Shown here piece by piece: positions 1-8,021 of a DNA stretch of 42,595 nucleotides. The stretch lies in the IMG/VR virus record IMGVR_UViG_3300009285_002354, positions 64,001-106,595 of that record. One strand, given 5' to 3'. The notes beneath the pieces were generated by a model, which saw only the letters and a list, made by a program, of their open reading frames with translations, made no database searches and was not told the DNA's origin. Position 1 is the stretch's first letter. Every line of letters begins with the position of its first letter. A program made the translations under genes and the position numbers. This DNA comes from a virus. Taxonomy: Duplodnaviria > Heunggongvirae > Uroviricota > Caudoviricetes.

Positions 1-474
1 GTACAGCGACAGGCCGGCCTCTACGGCGTCCGCAAGGCTGATCCCATCCTCAACGGAGGCGACGTATTCAACCCCGGCCACGAGAGCTTCGGCCAGCGAG
101 ATCCCATCCGCCACTTCCGCCAGCAGCAGGGGCATCTCAAGCTCGGCGGCATCGGCAACCCCAATCGCCTCGGCAACTGCCGCCAGAAGCGGATTCATCT
201 CTACCGCCGTAGCCTCCGCAACGGCCAGGCCATCGGAGACTTCCAGGACGACATTCGCCTCCGTCCCGAGCGATTCGGCGAGGGACAGACCGTCGGCGAC
301 TGCGGCCTCGAACGCATCCAAGGCTGCGCCCGCGGCGTCGCCAACGTCCAGTGAATCCGCAACCGAGACGAGGCACGACGCGGACTCAAAAAGGACGAAC
401 GGCAAGCCCAGGACCCATTCATAGGTCGTATAGGTCTGAACGGGCTGTCCGAGAATCCATTCCTGTTTGGCCAT
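1..474 (-). CDS. Acidic repeat-containing putative virion protein (partial, runs off the left edge)
   Basis: Hand translation MAKQEWILGQP...; ATG at 474 overlaps the upstream TGA; ~20-aa repeats of V(A/S/E)(D/E)G(L/I)S(L/V)A(E/D); no stop in the window, so absent from the ORF track. Confidence 0.75.
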   Translation of the reverse strand, partial: MAKQEWILGQPVQTYTTYEWVLGLPFVLFESASCLVSVADSLDVGDAAGAALDAFEAAVADGLSLAESLGTEANVVLEVSDGLAVAEATAVEMNPLLAAVAEAIGVADAAELEMPLLLAEVADGISLAEALVAGVEYVASVEDGISLADAVEAGLSLY

Positions 475-2123
475 CAGCTAACCACGGGCAAGATATCCAC
501 GTCCACGTATTCCGTCGCGTCCTCGAACTCCTCCAGATGGAACCACAGATAGACCCATCCTTCTCGGGCGGGCGTGAAAGTCACGGTGAACGCGGTCCAC
601 GTCGTATCGTTGGCGATCTGCTGAGTCGATGTGACCTCCGTCCTCGCGGCAGATGCCCCGTTGCTCAGATAAGACGCCTTGAGGTACGCTTCTGCGGCCG
701 TCAAGGCGGAGTCCCACGCCGATGCCACTCTCGCGTAGACCGTGACCGTCTTTTCCACGCCGCTGCCGAGCCATATGGCTGAAAAGCCCGCCATACCCAT
801 CCCGAGCACCAGCGGATCGCCCGGACCGCAGTTCGAATTCGGGGACATTCGGGCGTAAGAGTCCGCACCCCCTGACCGAGGACTGCTCGTGCCGCGCTCT
901 ATCGTACCTTCGAACATGAACGTGATCTGGGACTCGAATGTCCCATCGTGATCTTCGGAGTAGATGAACCCGCCGGAATAGGAGTTGATGAGCATGGTCG
1001 AGTTCACGCCAAAGCTGCAATTCCGCAGGTAAACAGCCGTACCCCATCGCACGTAAATGTTCGCTCCGCCCGTGAATCCGTTCGTCGGGCAGAAAGAGCA
1101 GCTATCGCAATAGGCGATACCGCCGTATATCGCGTACAATCCGTATATGGTGCCCCGGACGGACCCTGCATCAATGGTGCAGTCCTTCATGTGGAGAATG
1201 GCTTGAGTCATGGCAATCGCAATGTTCCAGCCATCCTCGAAGGTGCAGCCGTCACACCATACGACGGCTCCGCTGAATACGGCGAGCAATTCCGCAGACG
1301 ACGCTCCGCTGTCCTTGAAATCACAGTCCACCAGGTGCCATCCACGAGAGCCTTGGATAGAGAAGGCCCCGGCGAGATCGGCGCTTTGCTTGATGAGGAG
1401 CCGTTCGACCCACCAGAACTCGTCGCCATTGACGTCGAATTGGTACGCGGCGTCCGCGAAGTCGATGATCGGCTTCACATCGGAGTCGTCCGCCCAGGGA
1501 TCGTTCGTCGTGGCGTCGCAGCCGATGATGCTGATATAGGCATCGACCGTGCCATCCTCATCGAACGTGATATCGGCCGCGTTGTAGGTGTGCGTCTGGT
1601 TCGCCCGGACGAACAGTCGGTCTCCGGCCGTCCGAACCGTGACCGAAGTATATTTGCCAAGAGTCTTCCAGGCATTGCCGGCACCCGTACCGAGTCCGTC
1701 GTTGGTGTCGTTTCCGTTCGTGTAATCGCAGTAGTAGTCGGTATGGTGGGGGAACCGAACGACGACTCCGCTCTTGCGAAACTCCTGCTCCTTGAGGCAA
1801 CAGGCGAGTTTGTTCATCAGACGGCCTTCCTTGTCCGTGATCTTGCCCAACTCCTCCACGAGCTGCCGGCCCATCTCCTCGACGGTCCGCCGCTTTCCGT
1901 CCTCGCGGACCGGGTGGATCGTCACGCTCCAGTCGCCGTCGAGCCGCTCGCGGATCATCGAGACCTTGCGCGCGTACTGTTTCACGAGGACCGCCAGATC
2001 TTCATCAAACTTGGCGTCCACCGTCAGCCGGCGGATCTCGGAGTCCCACGCTGCCGGATCGCGGCCAATGAAGCGTTCGTCCGACTTGATTTCTTCGGCC
2101 AGAACGACACTAGATATCATCAT
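474..2123 (-). CDS. Pectin-lyase-like beta-helix protein, probable virion/tail-associated
   Basis: YYCDYTNGNDTNDG...AWKTL motif typical of DUF1565-like beta-helix N-caps, followed by repetitive C/D-x-x-F beta-strand pattern; lies downstream of connector genes. Confidence 0.65.
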   Translation of the reverse strand: MMISSVVLAEEIKSDERFIGRDPAAWDSEIRRLTVDAKFDEDLAVLVKQYARKVSMIRERLDGDWSVTIHPVREDGKRRTVEEMGRQLVEELGKITDKEGRLMNKLACCLKEQEFRKSGVVVRFPHHTDYYCDYTNGNDTNDGLGTGAGNAWKTLGKYTSVTVRTAGDRLFVRANQTHTYNAADITFDEDGTVDAYISIIGCDATTNDPWADDSDVKPIIDFADAAYQFDVNGDEFWWVERLLIKQSADLAGAFSIQGSRGWHLVDCDFKDSGASSAELLAVFSGAVVWCDGCTFEDGWNIAIAMTQAILHMKDCTIDAGSVRGTIYGLYAIYGGIAYCDSCSFCPTNGFTGGANIYVRWGTAVYLRNCSFGVNSTMLINSYSGGFIYSEDHDGTFESQITFMFEGTIERGTSSPRSGGADSYARMSPNSNCGPGDPLVLGMGMAGFSAIWLGSGVEKTVTVYARVASAWDSALTAAEAYLKASYLSNGASAARTEVTSTQQIANDTTWTAFTVTFTPAREGWVYLWFHLEEFEDATEYVDVDILPVVS

Positions 2124-2149
2124 GGCAAAACCCCTGACAATTCAATGTC

Positions 2150-3304
2150 CTAATGCTGCTCGATATCACAGGCAAGACCCACATACTCGATCCATCGCGT
2201 TCCATCTATGTAGCACTTGTACTCCTGACAATACGGCGGCGGGTAAGGGATCGAATAGCAGTGCTCCCAGACCGTTTGGACCGTGTAATACTCGGCAGTA
2301 CACGTAAACACCCAATTGCTGACATATCTACACGGATGCCAGTGTATGCCCTGCGCCACCCACCCGTAGCAAGATGGGCTACAGCACCCGTTGTGGAAAA
2401 AGGCCGGATAGCCGGCAGAGTCACAAGAATACTGGTGAAGCACCATCAATTTGCGATGCTGTGACATTACGGAATCCGCACGACTTGACAGCGCACGTAC
2501 GAAACCATCTGCCGATACCTCAAGCACCCTGACCCCTTCGGATGGAACGATCGCCAACTCTTCGTTGGATGGATTGCCTGGATTGAAATGAAGTTTCATG
2601 TAGGACAACTGTTCCCCTCCCGTTGTGTTTTCACGAACCATTATATCCTGCGGCAGCCATTTCCCATCAATCTGCACATGCCGTGACATCTCATGCGTTT
2701 GCTCGTAGTCCTTTCGATATTGAGTCAACGACACGATTCTATCGTCGCCGTCCTTGGTGATCTTCCAAGTAATACCGGGGCTCACGTCCGCTTGGAGAAC
2801 GTTCCCGAGCAGATTCGAGTTCGTTTCATCTACGCTCGACAATAACGCCGCCGTCAAAACGCCTCCGTTCAAAATAGAGAAGTTGTCTGCCTTAATCAGA
2901 CCGTCCCTACGAACTAGCACGGCAGATGAGCCGGAGTTGTAGGACGCATAGCTGTCCGGGCCCACAGATGCGAACATATCCCTGCCCAGACGAAGCTCAT
3001 CGGGGGATGGAGCAATAACAGCGCCTGGGACTTTCGGCTTGAGCGGTTCGCCGTTGACTATGTGGCGCTCGAACAGGGCATGATCCTTATTGAAACTAAG
3101 CGTGCCGGACATGGTGTACGAATACTGCTCGTCATGCCCGTTGCAGATCTGGTCTATCGTGAACTCGATCATTCCCGACGGCATCCACCGGTCCTGCGGG
3201 TTCGCCGCCTTGATCTTGTCGAGGAACTCCATCGTAACCGTCTGGCCCATGACAGCACCCGCCAGACAAGACAAAACGAACAGAGATACGATCACCTTCT
3301 TCAT
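2150..3304 (-). CDS. Secreted protein with Cys-rich C-terminus (cargo/moron)
   Basis: AAAGGAG RBS before MKKVIVSLFVLSCLAGAVMG (Sec signal peptide); 10 Cys in the last ~95 aa. Confidence 0.75.
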   Translation of the reverse strand: MKKVIVSLFVLSCLAGAVMGQTVTMEFLDKIKAANPQDRWMPSGMIEFTIDQICNGHDEQYSYTMSGTLSFNKDHALFERHIVNGEPLKPKVPGAVIAPSPDELRLGRDMFASVGPDSYASYNSGSSAVLVRRDGLIKADNFSILNGGVLTAALLSSVDETNSNLLGNVLQADVSPGITWKITKDGDDRIVSLTQYRKDYEQTHEMSRHVQIDGKWLPQDIMVRENTTGGEQLSYMKLHFNPGNPSNEELAIVPSEGVRVLEVSADGFVRALSSRADSVMSQHRKLMVLHQYSCDSAGYPAFFHNGCCSPSCYGWVAQGIHWHPCRYVSNWVFTCTAEYYTVQTVWEHCYSIPYPPPYCQEYKCYIDGTRWIEYVGLACDIEQH

Positions 3305-3362
3305 AAATTCTCCTTTCATCTACTTGCCCTTATTTCCATGCCCCCGAACGTTCCTTACCGTC

Positions 3363-3572
3363 TCACTTCGCCCACGTGCCCGGATTCTTGATCCAGCGAT
3401 CGAAATAGTCTTGCAGGGTTTCCACCTGCCGAGCCGTGATGAATTCACGTTCGCCGCTGCACTTCTCCCGCACGTCGTCCGCGTCGGCTAGAATGTTCGC
3501 CAACGCCAGGAACAGCGTCATGCAGCAGTGACCGCAGCGGAGACAATTCAGTTGACCGTTCGTTTCCGTCAT
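3363..3572 (-). CDS. Short CxxCxxCC (YkgJ-like) protein, probably truncated
   Basis: CLRCGHCC motif present; the downstream C-x-F-L and C-x-I-Y-x-x-R-P motifs of YkgJ proteins are missing. Confidence 0.45.
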   Translation of the reverse strand: MTETNGQLNCLRCGHCCMTLFLALANILADADDVREKCSGEREFITARQVETLQDYFDRWIKNPGTWAK

Positions 3573-3611
3573 CTTGGTTTCGCTGCCTCAGCGGTTTCTT
3601 TCTTGATACGC

Positions 3612-3641
3612 TTTACATGTATACCGTAGGCGGGTTAGAAT
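3612..3641 (+). promoter_or_regulatory. sigma70-like promoter for HNH1
   Basis: TTTACA (3612-3617), 18-nt spacer, TAGAAT (3636-3641). Confidence 0.55.
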
Positions 3642-3646
3642 AAGTT

Positions 3647-3678
3647 GAGCGACCGACGGATGTAGCCGCCAGTCGCTC
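3647..3678 (+). promoter_or_regulatory. 5' leader hairpin of HNH1
   Basis: GAGCGAC/GTCGCTC stem with inner CGG/CCG pairs. Confidence 0.55.
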
Positions 3679-3710
3679 GTAACACGGTCTTGAGATTGAA
3701 AGGATAGACC

Positions 3711-4469
3711 ATGCTGAAGCCCATTATAACCCCACATCGCCGAGGCGGCAAGCCTGCGTATGACGTTACTGGCATGCGTTTTGGCAAGCTCATGGCACTT
3801 TATGAAGTCTCCAGAAGCCCTAATGGCTCCCACAGATGGCTTTGCCAGTGCGACTGTGGGAAACGGTTGGTTGTCGTAGGACACAGTTTGTGGCGAGCGA
3901 AGAATGGTGCCCACAGTTGTGGCTGCCTGAGAAAAGAGCGGGCCAGTGCCGCACTTTTCCGTCACGGGTACAGCAAAACCCACATCTACAACGTCTGGTG
4001 CAAAATGAGGTTGCGATGTTGTGACCCCACAGATCCCAGTTACCACAACTACGGCGACAGAGGAATTACGGTGTGTGACCGCTGGATGGGGTCTTTTGGG
4101 AACTTTCTTGAGGACATGGGACCATCCTATAAGCAAGGACACACACTTGAACGCATGAACAACGAGCTTGGTTACTTTCCCGAGAACTGCCGTTGGGCGA
4201 CACGCGCGGAGCAAGCAAACAATACCCGGCAAAATCGCAACATCACTTACAATGGCAGGACAATGAACATGACCCAGTGGGCCAGAGAGTTTAACCTGAG
4301 CCCCCTGCTCGTCCGAGACCGCCTTGATCGCGGATGGACGATTGAGGAGGCTCTGACTTTGCCCAAAGTGAGGCGCGGTTACAACAAAGGAGGGACGGCG
4401 ATAGGACAGATTCATTCGGTCGCCTCCCGTGCACCTGGAGCACAACCTGCTATGGACCTCTTGAAGTAG
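3711..4469 (+). CDS. HNH homing endonuclease-like protein (HNH1), antisense to the late operon
   Basis: GMRFGKL..WLCQCDCG..SCGC..YGDRGITVCDRW..TLERMNN..NCRWAT..QANN signature of phage HNH endonucleases; AAAGGA RBS. Confidence 0.9.
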   Translation: MLKPIITPHRRGGKPAYDVTGMRFGKLMALYEVSRSPNGSHRWLCQCDCGKRLVVVGHSLWRAKNGAHSCGCLRKERASAALFRHGYSKTHIYNVWCKMRLRCCDPTDPSYHNYGDRGITVCDRWMGSFGNFLEDMGPSYKQGHTLERMNNELGYFPENCRWATRAEQANNTRQNRNITYNGRTMNMTQWAREFNLSPLLVRDRLDRGWTIEEALTLPKVRRGYNKGGTAIGQIHSVASRAPGAQPAMDLLK

Positions 4470-4840
4470 TCTATGTTCGCAACTACTGCAGGCCAAATAA
4501 ATGGATACCGCTCTTCAACATACGCAGCGTAATTAAGGGGGGTTCCAGGCGCAGTCGCCGCCACACCGAACAGACCCACAACTCTATCTTCGCTCAACTC
4601 CTCCCACTGCATAGCCCGTCCACTCGCACCACCCGGAAACAGACTTCCGGTTAGATTCGCTGTCTGATTTTCATAGCGATCACGCGCGTGCGGGTTGCTC
4701 CCGTGTTCGTGCCCTGCTTTTGCATGGTTAGCCATCCTAACGCTGGTTTTCTCTACGGCTTCGACGACGCGACGGAAAATCTGGCTCTTGAGCGACAAGA
4801 GATTCCTGATGACCTCGACATCTCCGGTCACTACGCTCAC
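4412..4840 (-). CDS. HK97 gp10-like head-tail/tail completion protein
   Basis: Size, position after head closure gene, T-x-N-L-x-x-S and Y-A-x-Y-V-E motifs. Confidence 0.6.
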   Translation of the reverse strand: MSVVTGDVEVIRNLLSLKSQIFRRVVEAVEKTSVRMANHAKAGHEHGSNPHARDRYENQTANLTGSLFPGGASGRAMQWEELSEDRVVGLFGVAATAPGTPLNYAAYVEERYPFIWPAVVANIDYFKRSIAGCAPGAREATE

Positions 4841-5190
4841 TGTTGGATCTCCTTGGCTACGTAGATGATCTTGTGATCTTCATGATCCCTGGTACTGTTC
4901 ACGCGGTAGGTCACTCCGTCTCGTACTACGCGATCATGCGATGTGACATCCACGTCGTATTCGGCCTCGATCTTGTACTCGCTGTGATGCTCCAATCTCG
5001 CTTCAGCTTCGATCTCACGGCCGGACATGGTCTGGAAGTCCCCAGTGAACGACAGCGATGCGGACCAGGACTCCGCGGCCATTCCCTTAGCATCAAAGTC
5101 TGCTGCCGCCCGTCGCCGCAGCAAGGGCTCGCCCCACTGAATGAGATACCAGTCCATGTCATTTCTGGCCTGTTCGAGCAACGTGGTCAT
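4837..5190 (-). CDS. Head closure protein (SPP1 gp16-like)
   Basis: 117 aa beta-rich protein with DRVVRDGVTYRV motif; synteny. Confidence 0.7.
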   Translation of the reverse strand: MTTLLEQARNDMDWYLIQWGEPLLRRRAAADFDAKGMAAESWSASLSFTGDFQTMSGREIEAEARLEHHSEYKIEAEYDVDVTSHDRVVRDGVTYRVNSTRDHEDHKIIYVAKEIQQ

Positions 5191-5217
5191 TTGACTACGG
5201 TTTCCTATGGAATCGTA

Positions 5218-5246
5218 TTGACATCATGCTGCGGCCCTCATAAAAT
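5218..5246 (+). promoter_or_regulatory. Near-consensus sigma70 promoter for HNH2
   Basis: TTGACA (5218-5223), 17-nt spacer, TAAAAT (5241-5246). Confidence 0.8.
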
Positions 5247-5248
5247 GC

Positions 5249-5286
5249 GAACGACCGCTCGGGATTACGGCCCGAAACGGTCGCTC
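5249..5286 (+). promoter_or_regulatory. 5' leader hairpin of HNH2
   Basis: CGACCG/CGGTCG outer stem and TCGGG/CCCGA inner stem; ends in GTCGCTC like the HNH1 leader. Confidence 0.6.
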
Positions 5287-5316
5287 TGAACACAGTGTTT
5301 TACAAGGAGAAACACC

Positions 5317-6012
5317 ATGTCTGAGGGCATTTTGCCATACAGCGGCGGCAGACGCAACCGTCTTAATCTCTCCGGGCAAGCGTTTGGTTGCCTTGTCGTT
5401 CTCAATGAGGTTGATCCAAGAAGACACCCCAACCAGAGGCTGACCAGATATTGGTCGTGTAGATGCGCCTGTGGCAATGTGATAGAGGTGTCCCAGGATA
5501 ATCTCAGGCACGGGCATACTGCCAGTTGCGGATGTAATAAGAAAGCTGCCATATCGCTCGCGAATAGAACGCACGGCCAAAGGAAGTCTCGCACTTATAA
5601 GTCTTGGCTCTGCATGAAACAACGGTGTAGTAACCCTAACAATGCGGCATTCAAGGACTATGGGGCCCGTGGAATTACGATCTGCAAGGCTTGGGAGCAT
5701 TCTTTTGAACAGTTTTTCGCTGACATGGGACAGTGTCCGCCCGGGCATGGCATAGACAGGATCGACAACAGTCAGGGATACTCGAAAGGTAATTGTCGGT
5801 GGGCAACACATAAACAACAGAACAACAACCGCAGAACCACTCTCGTGCTCACGTTTGCGGGCAGAACCCAGACTCTGTTGGAGTGGTCTGAGGAGTCTGC
5901 CCTTCAACGCAGTACGCTCTGGAATCGTCTCATGGCACTGAAATGGCCCGTCGAACGCGCCTTGACTGAACCTGTTCATACTCGACCTCATCATAAAGGG
6001 ATCGACGTCTGA
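5317..6012 (+). CDS. HNH homing endonuclease-like protein (HNH2), antisense
   Basis: LSGQAFGCL..CRCACG..SCGC..YGARGITIC..IDRIDN..NCRWAT; same family as HNH1; AAGGAG RBS. Confidence 0.9.
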   Translation: MSEGILPYSGGRRNRLNLSGQAFGCLVVLNEVDPRRHPNQRLTRYWSCRCACGNVIEVSQDNLRHGHTASCGCNKKAAISLANRTHGQRKSRTYKSWLCMKQRCSNPNNAAFKDYGARGITICKAWEHSFEQFFADMGQCPPGHGIDRIDNSQGYSKGNCRWATHKQQNNNRRTTLVLTFAGRTQTLLEWSEESALQRSTLWNRLMALKWPVERALTEPVHTRPHHKGIDV

Positions 6013-6227
6013 CCAGAATCGTGCCCACTCAGCTCAATACCCTGCGAGTCAAAGGTCAGAAGCTCCAGTGCAACCTCTGGCACTTCAGCGAGATTCCGAC
6101 GTAGTTCCATCAATTGCCTGATGAGATCGCCGCTACTAAATGACTTATCCCCAACGCTGTAATTTTGCATCGGATTGGTCACCAGGGTATTGATCGCAAC
6201 ATCCAGGGCTGCTATGTCGATAGCCAT
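5991..6227 (-). CDS. Head-tail adaptor, lambda gpW-like
   Basis: 78 aa, YSVGDKSF...L.QL pattern, directly after the capsid gene. Confidence 0.55.
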   Translation of the reverse strand: MAIDIAALDVAINTLVTNPMQNYSVGDKSFSSGDLIRQLMELRRNLAEVPEVALELLTFDSQGIELSGHDSGQTSIPL

Positions 6228-6235
6228 GCTTCACC

Positions 6236-6275
6236 TAAGAAAATAGGGGCGGGCGGACAAATCCGCGCCGCCCCT
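6236..6275 (-). terminator. Intrinsic terminator-like hairpin after the major capsid gene
   Basis: AGGGGCGG..GCGGA/TCCGC..CCGCCCCT stem at 6245-6275 followed by ATTTTCTT on the minus strand. Confidence 0.6.
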
Positions 6276-6333
6276 CGACCTGAAACACCGCCGGAACCCG
6301 ACCGGTCATCAGGATTCGACGGATTGATTACTG

Positions 6334-7473
6334 TCAACCGCCGCCGGTGCTCTTGCCGACGAAGACATAGTCCGTTGCGCGGACCAAGGAGTCGTAGCGG
6401 ACCTTCCAGCTCGCCACGATGTCCTTCCGCCAGCCGTCCTCGTTGTTGTCGCTCATGCCCCGGGTGACGACCTGCGGGGGAATCACGACCTTCTCCAGGA
6501 ACTGCCGCTTGAAGTCACCGAGATACCACGCCGTGGTGCTCTGGGCATCCAGGTCAGGATGGTCGATGACGGTAAAGGCGTTCGCGAAGGGGTTGGCGAT
6601 TCCCTGTACCGTGCCGGCGAAGATGAACGTGTTGTTGATGATGTTCCTCGCAGTCACCGACAGAGTCACCGGTACGAGCAACTGAGTGGGCCGGATGTCG
6701 ATCGGGTCTCCGTTCTCGTCCTTCATCAGCCGCATGAGGGTCCACAGGGCGTTGATGTCCGTGTAGTCCGTCAGCACGTCCGTCACCAGGTTATCGTAGG
6801 TGTGGGTCGCGCTGCCTGCCGCGTTCTGATACAGGTCCTCCTGGGAACCGGAGGGATACCACGCCTTGAAGCTAGTCACATCCTGAATGAGCTTCATGAA
6901 CCGGCTCTCCCGATCTCGACCCATGCGCTCGCCGAGTTTGCCGGCTTCCCGCATGACCAGACCGGTTCGGTCAAAGCGAACGGACTCATCCGTGATGTCC
7001 AGGATGAGGCCCCGCTTCCCATGGCCGATCTCGACGTACTTCTCTTTGATGTCCGCCGTGTGAGGGTATTCGGCGCCTTCGCTGACATCCTCCAGGCTGC
7101 CCGTGATATAGGCCCCGGGGACTTTGTCCGTCTCCATAGTGGAGGTGAACTTGGTCACAAGCTGGTCGATGACCTTGGTGAATGGCGCGTAGGCCGCCAT
7201 GACGATGTCGCTGACGAGGACGCCCACGATCGTGGCGAACTGACTGGCCGACACCGCTTCCGTGAACACCGGAAGCCGGGAGTACGGGTCCATATTCCCG
7301 CCCAGGCCCTCGGCGATCTGCCGGAAAGAGAAATTGTCCGGCGTGAGCGCGTTCTCGTTCTCAGGCGGCAGGTGAAGCCGTTTTTGAATGACTGATTCCA
7401 TCAAGGCGTAGTTGTTGCCGCAACTCTTGGCGAACGCCCTGATCACATCACGATGCAAAACTCCGACTTTCAT
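6334..7473 (-). CDS. Major capsid protein (HK97 fold, Mu gpT-like)
   Basis: 379 aa, EGAEYP...KRGLILDIT.E.VRFD.TG..P-x-x-LLVP..WYLGDFK motifs; follows protease and decoration genes. Confidence 0.9.
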   Translation of the reverse strand: MKVGVLHRDVIRAFAKSCGNNYALMESVIQKRLHLPPENENALTPDNFSFRQIAEGLGGNMDPYSRLPVFTEAVSASQFATIVGVLVSDIVMAAYAPFTKVIDQLVTKFTSTMETDKVPGAYITGSLEDVSEGAEYPHTADIKEKYVEIGHGKRGLILDITDESVRFDRTGLVMREAGKLGERMGRDRESRFMKLIQDVTSFKAWYPSGSQEDLYQNAAGSATHTYDNLVTDVLTDYTDINALWTLMRLMKDENGDPIDIRPTQLLVPVTLSVTARNIINNTFIFAGTVQGIANPFANAFTVIDHPDLDAQSTTAWYLGDFKRQFLEKVVIPPQVVTRGMSDNNEDGWRKDIVASWKVRYDSLVRATDYVFVGKSTGGG

Positions 7474-7496
7474 AGTCGTTTCCTTTCAATCAGGGG

Positions 7497-7970
7497 TTAC
7501 GTTTGCGGGTTCGCCCGATGCAGTCGGACCTGGGGCAGGAGCTTCGCCTTGATGTCCGTACCGCTGGAAATACTCTCCGCTGCCACGGCGACCTTGGAGG
7601 TCGTCCCCGCAACGAACTGGTAGGCGCTCGGCGCGGTGGCGGTGGCGTAGATTTCCAGTGCGGCCCCGAACGACAGCGAGGCTGCCGCCTGGAGCTCCAG
7701 TTGGAAGATCGCTCCGCACGACACATCGACGGTGATCTTGCCGGCCGCATCTCCGCTACCATGGGCCGTCTCGGCAATGCCGAGGAGGAGGTCGGCCCCG
7801 TTCTCACGGTTGGCTGCGGCATCGCCCGCGTCACCCAAACTCGAACCAGGAACCGCATAGCCCCCATCGAAGTAGACGAGATCACCCTTCTGGATGACCG
7901 TGTCGGCAGCAATGGGGACTTCCACGAGTTCTCGCGGTCCCGAAACGTACCGCTCTCTGTTCTGTCCCAT
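7497..7970 (-). CDS. Capsid decoration/cement protein (DUF2190-like)
   Basis: IQKGDLVY..LLGIA..A small beta protein between protease and capsid genes. Confidence 0.7.
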   Translation of the reverse strand: MGQNRERYVSGPRELVEVPIAADTVIQKGDLVYFDGGYAVPGSSLGDAGDAAANRENGADLLLGIAETAHGSGDAAGKITVDVSCGAIFQLELQAAASLSFGAALEIYATATAPSAYQFVAGTTSKVAVAAESISSGTDIKAKLLPQVRLHRANPQT

Positions 7971-8021
7971 AGGGATTCCTTTCCGCTGATACTACGGATT
8001 ACTGTGATTTCGTAGACACAT

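Noticed and set aside
3340-3365. Selenocysteine read-through of the TGA ending the YkgJ-like ORF
   Set aside because: Read-through adds only ~10 residues without restoring YkgJ motifs; no SECIS-like hairpin recognised.
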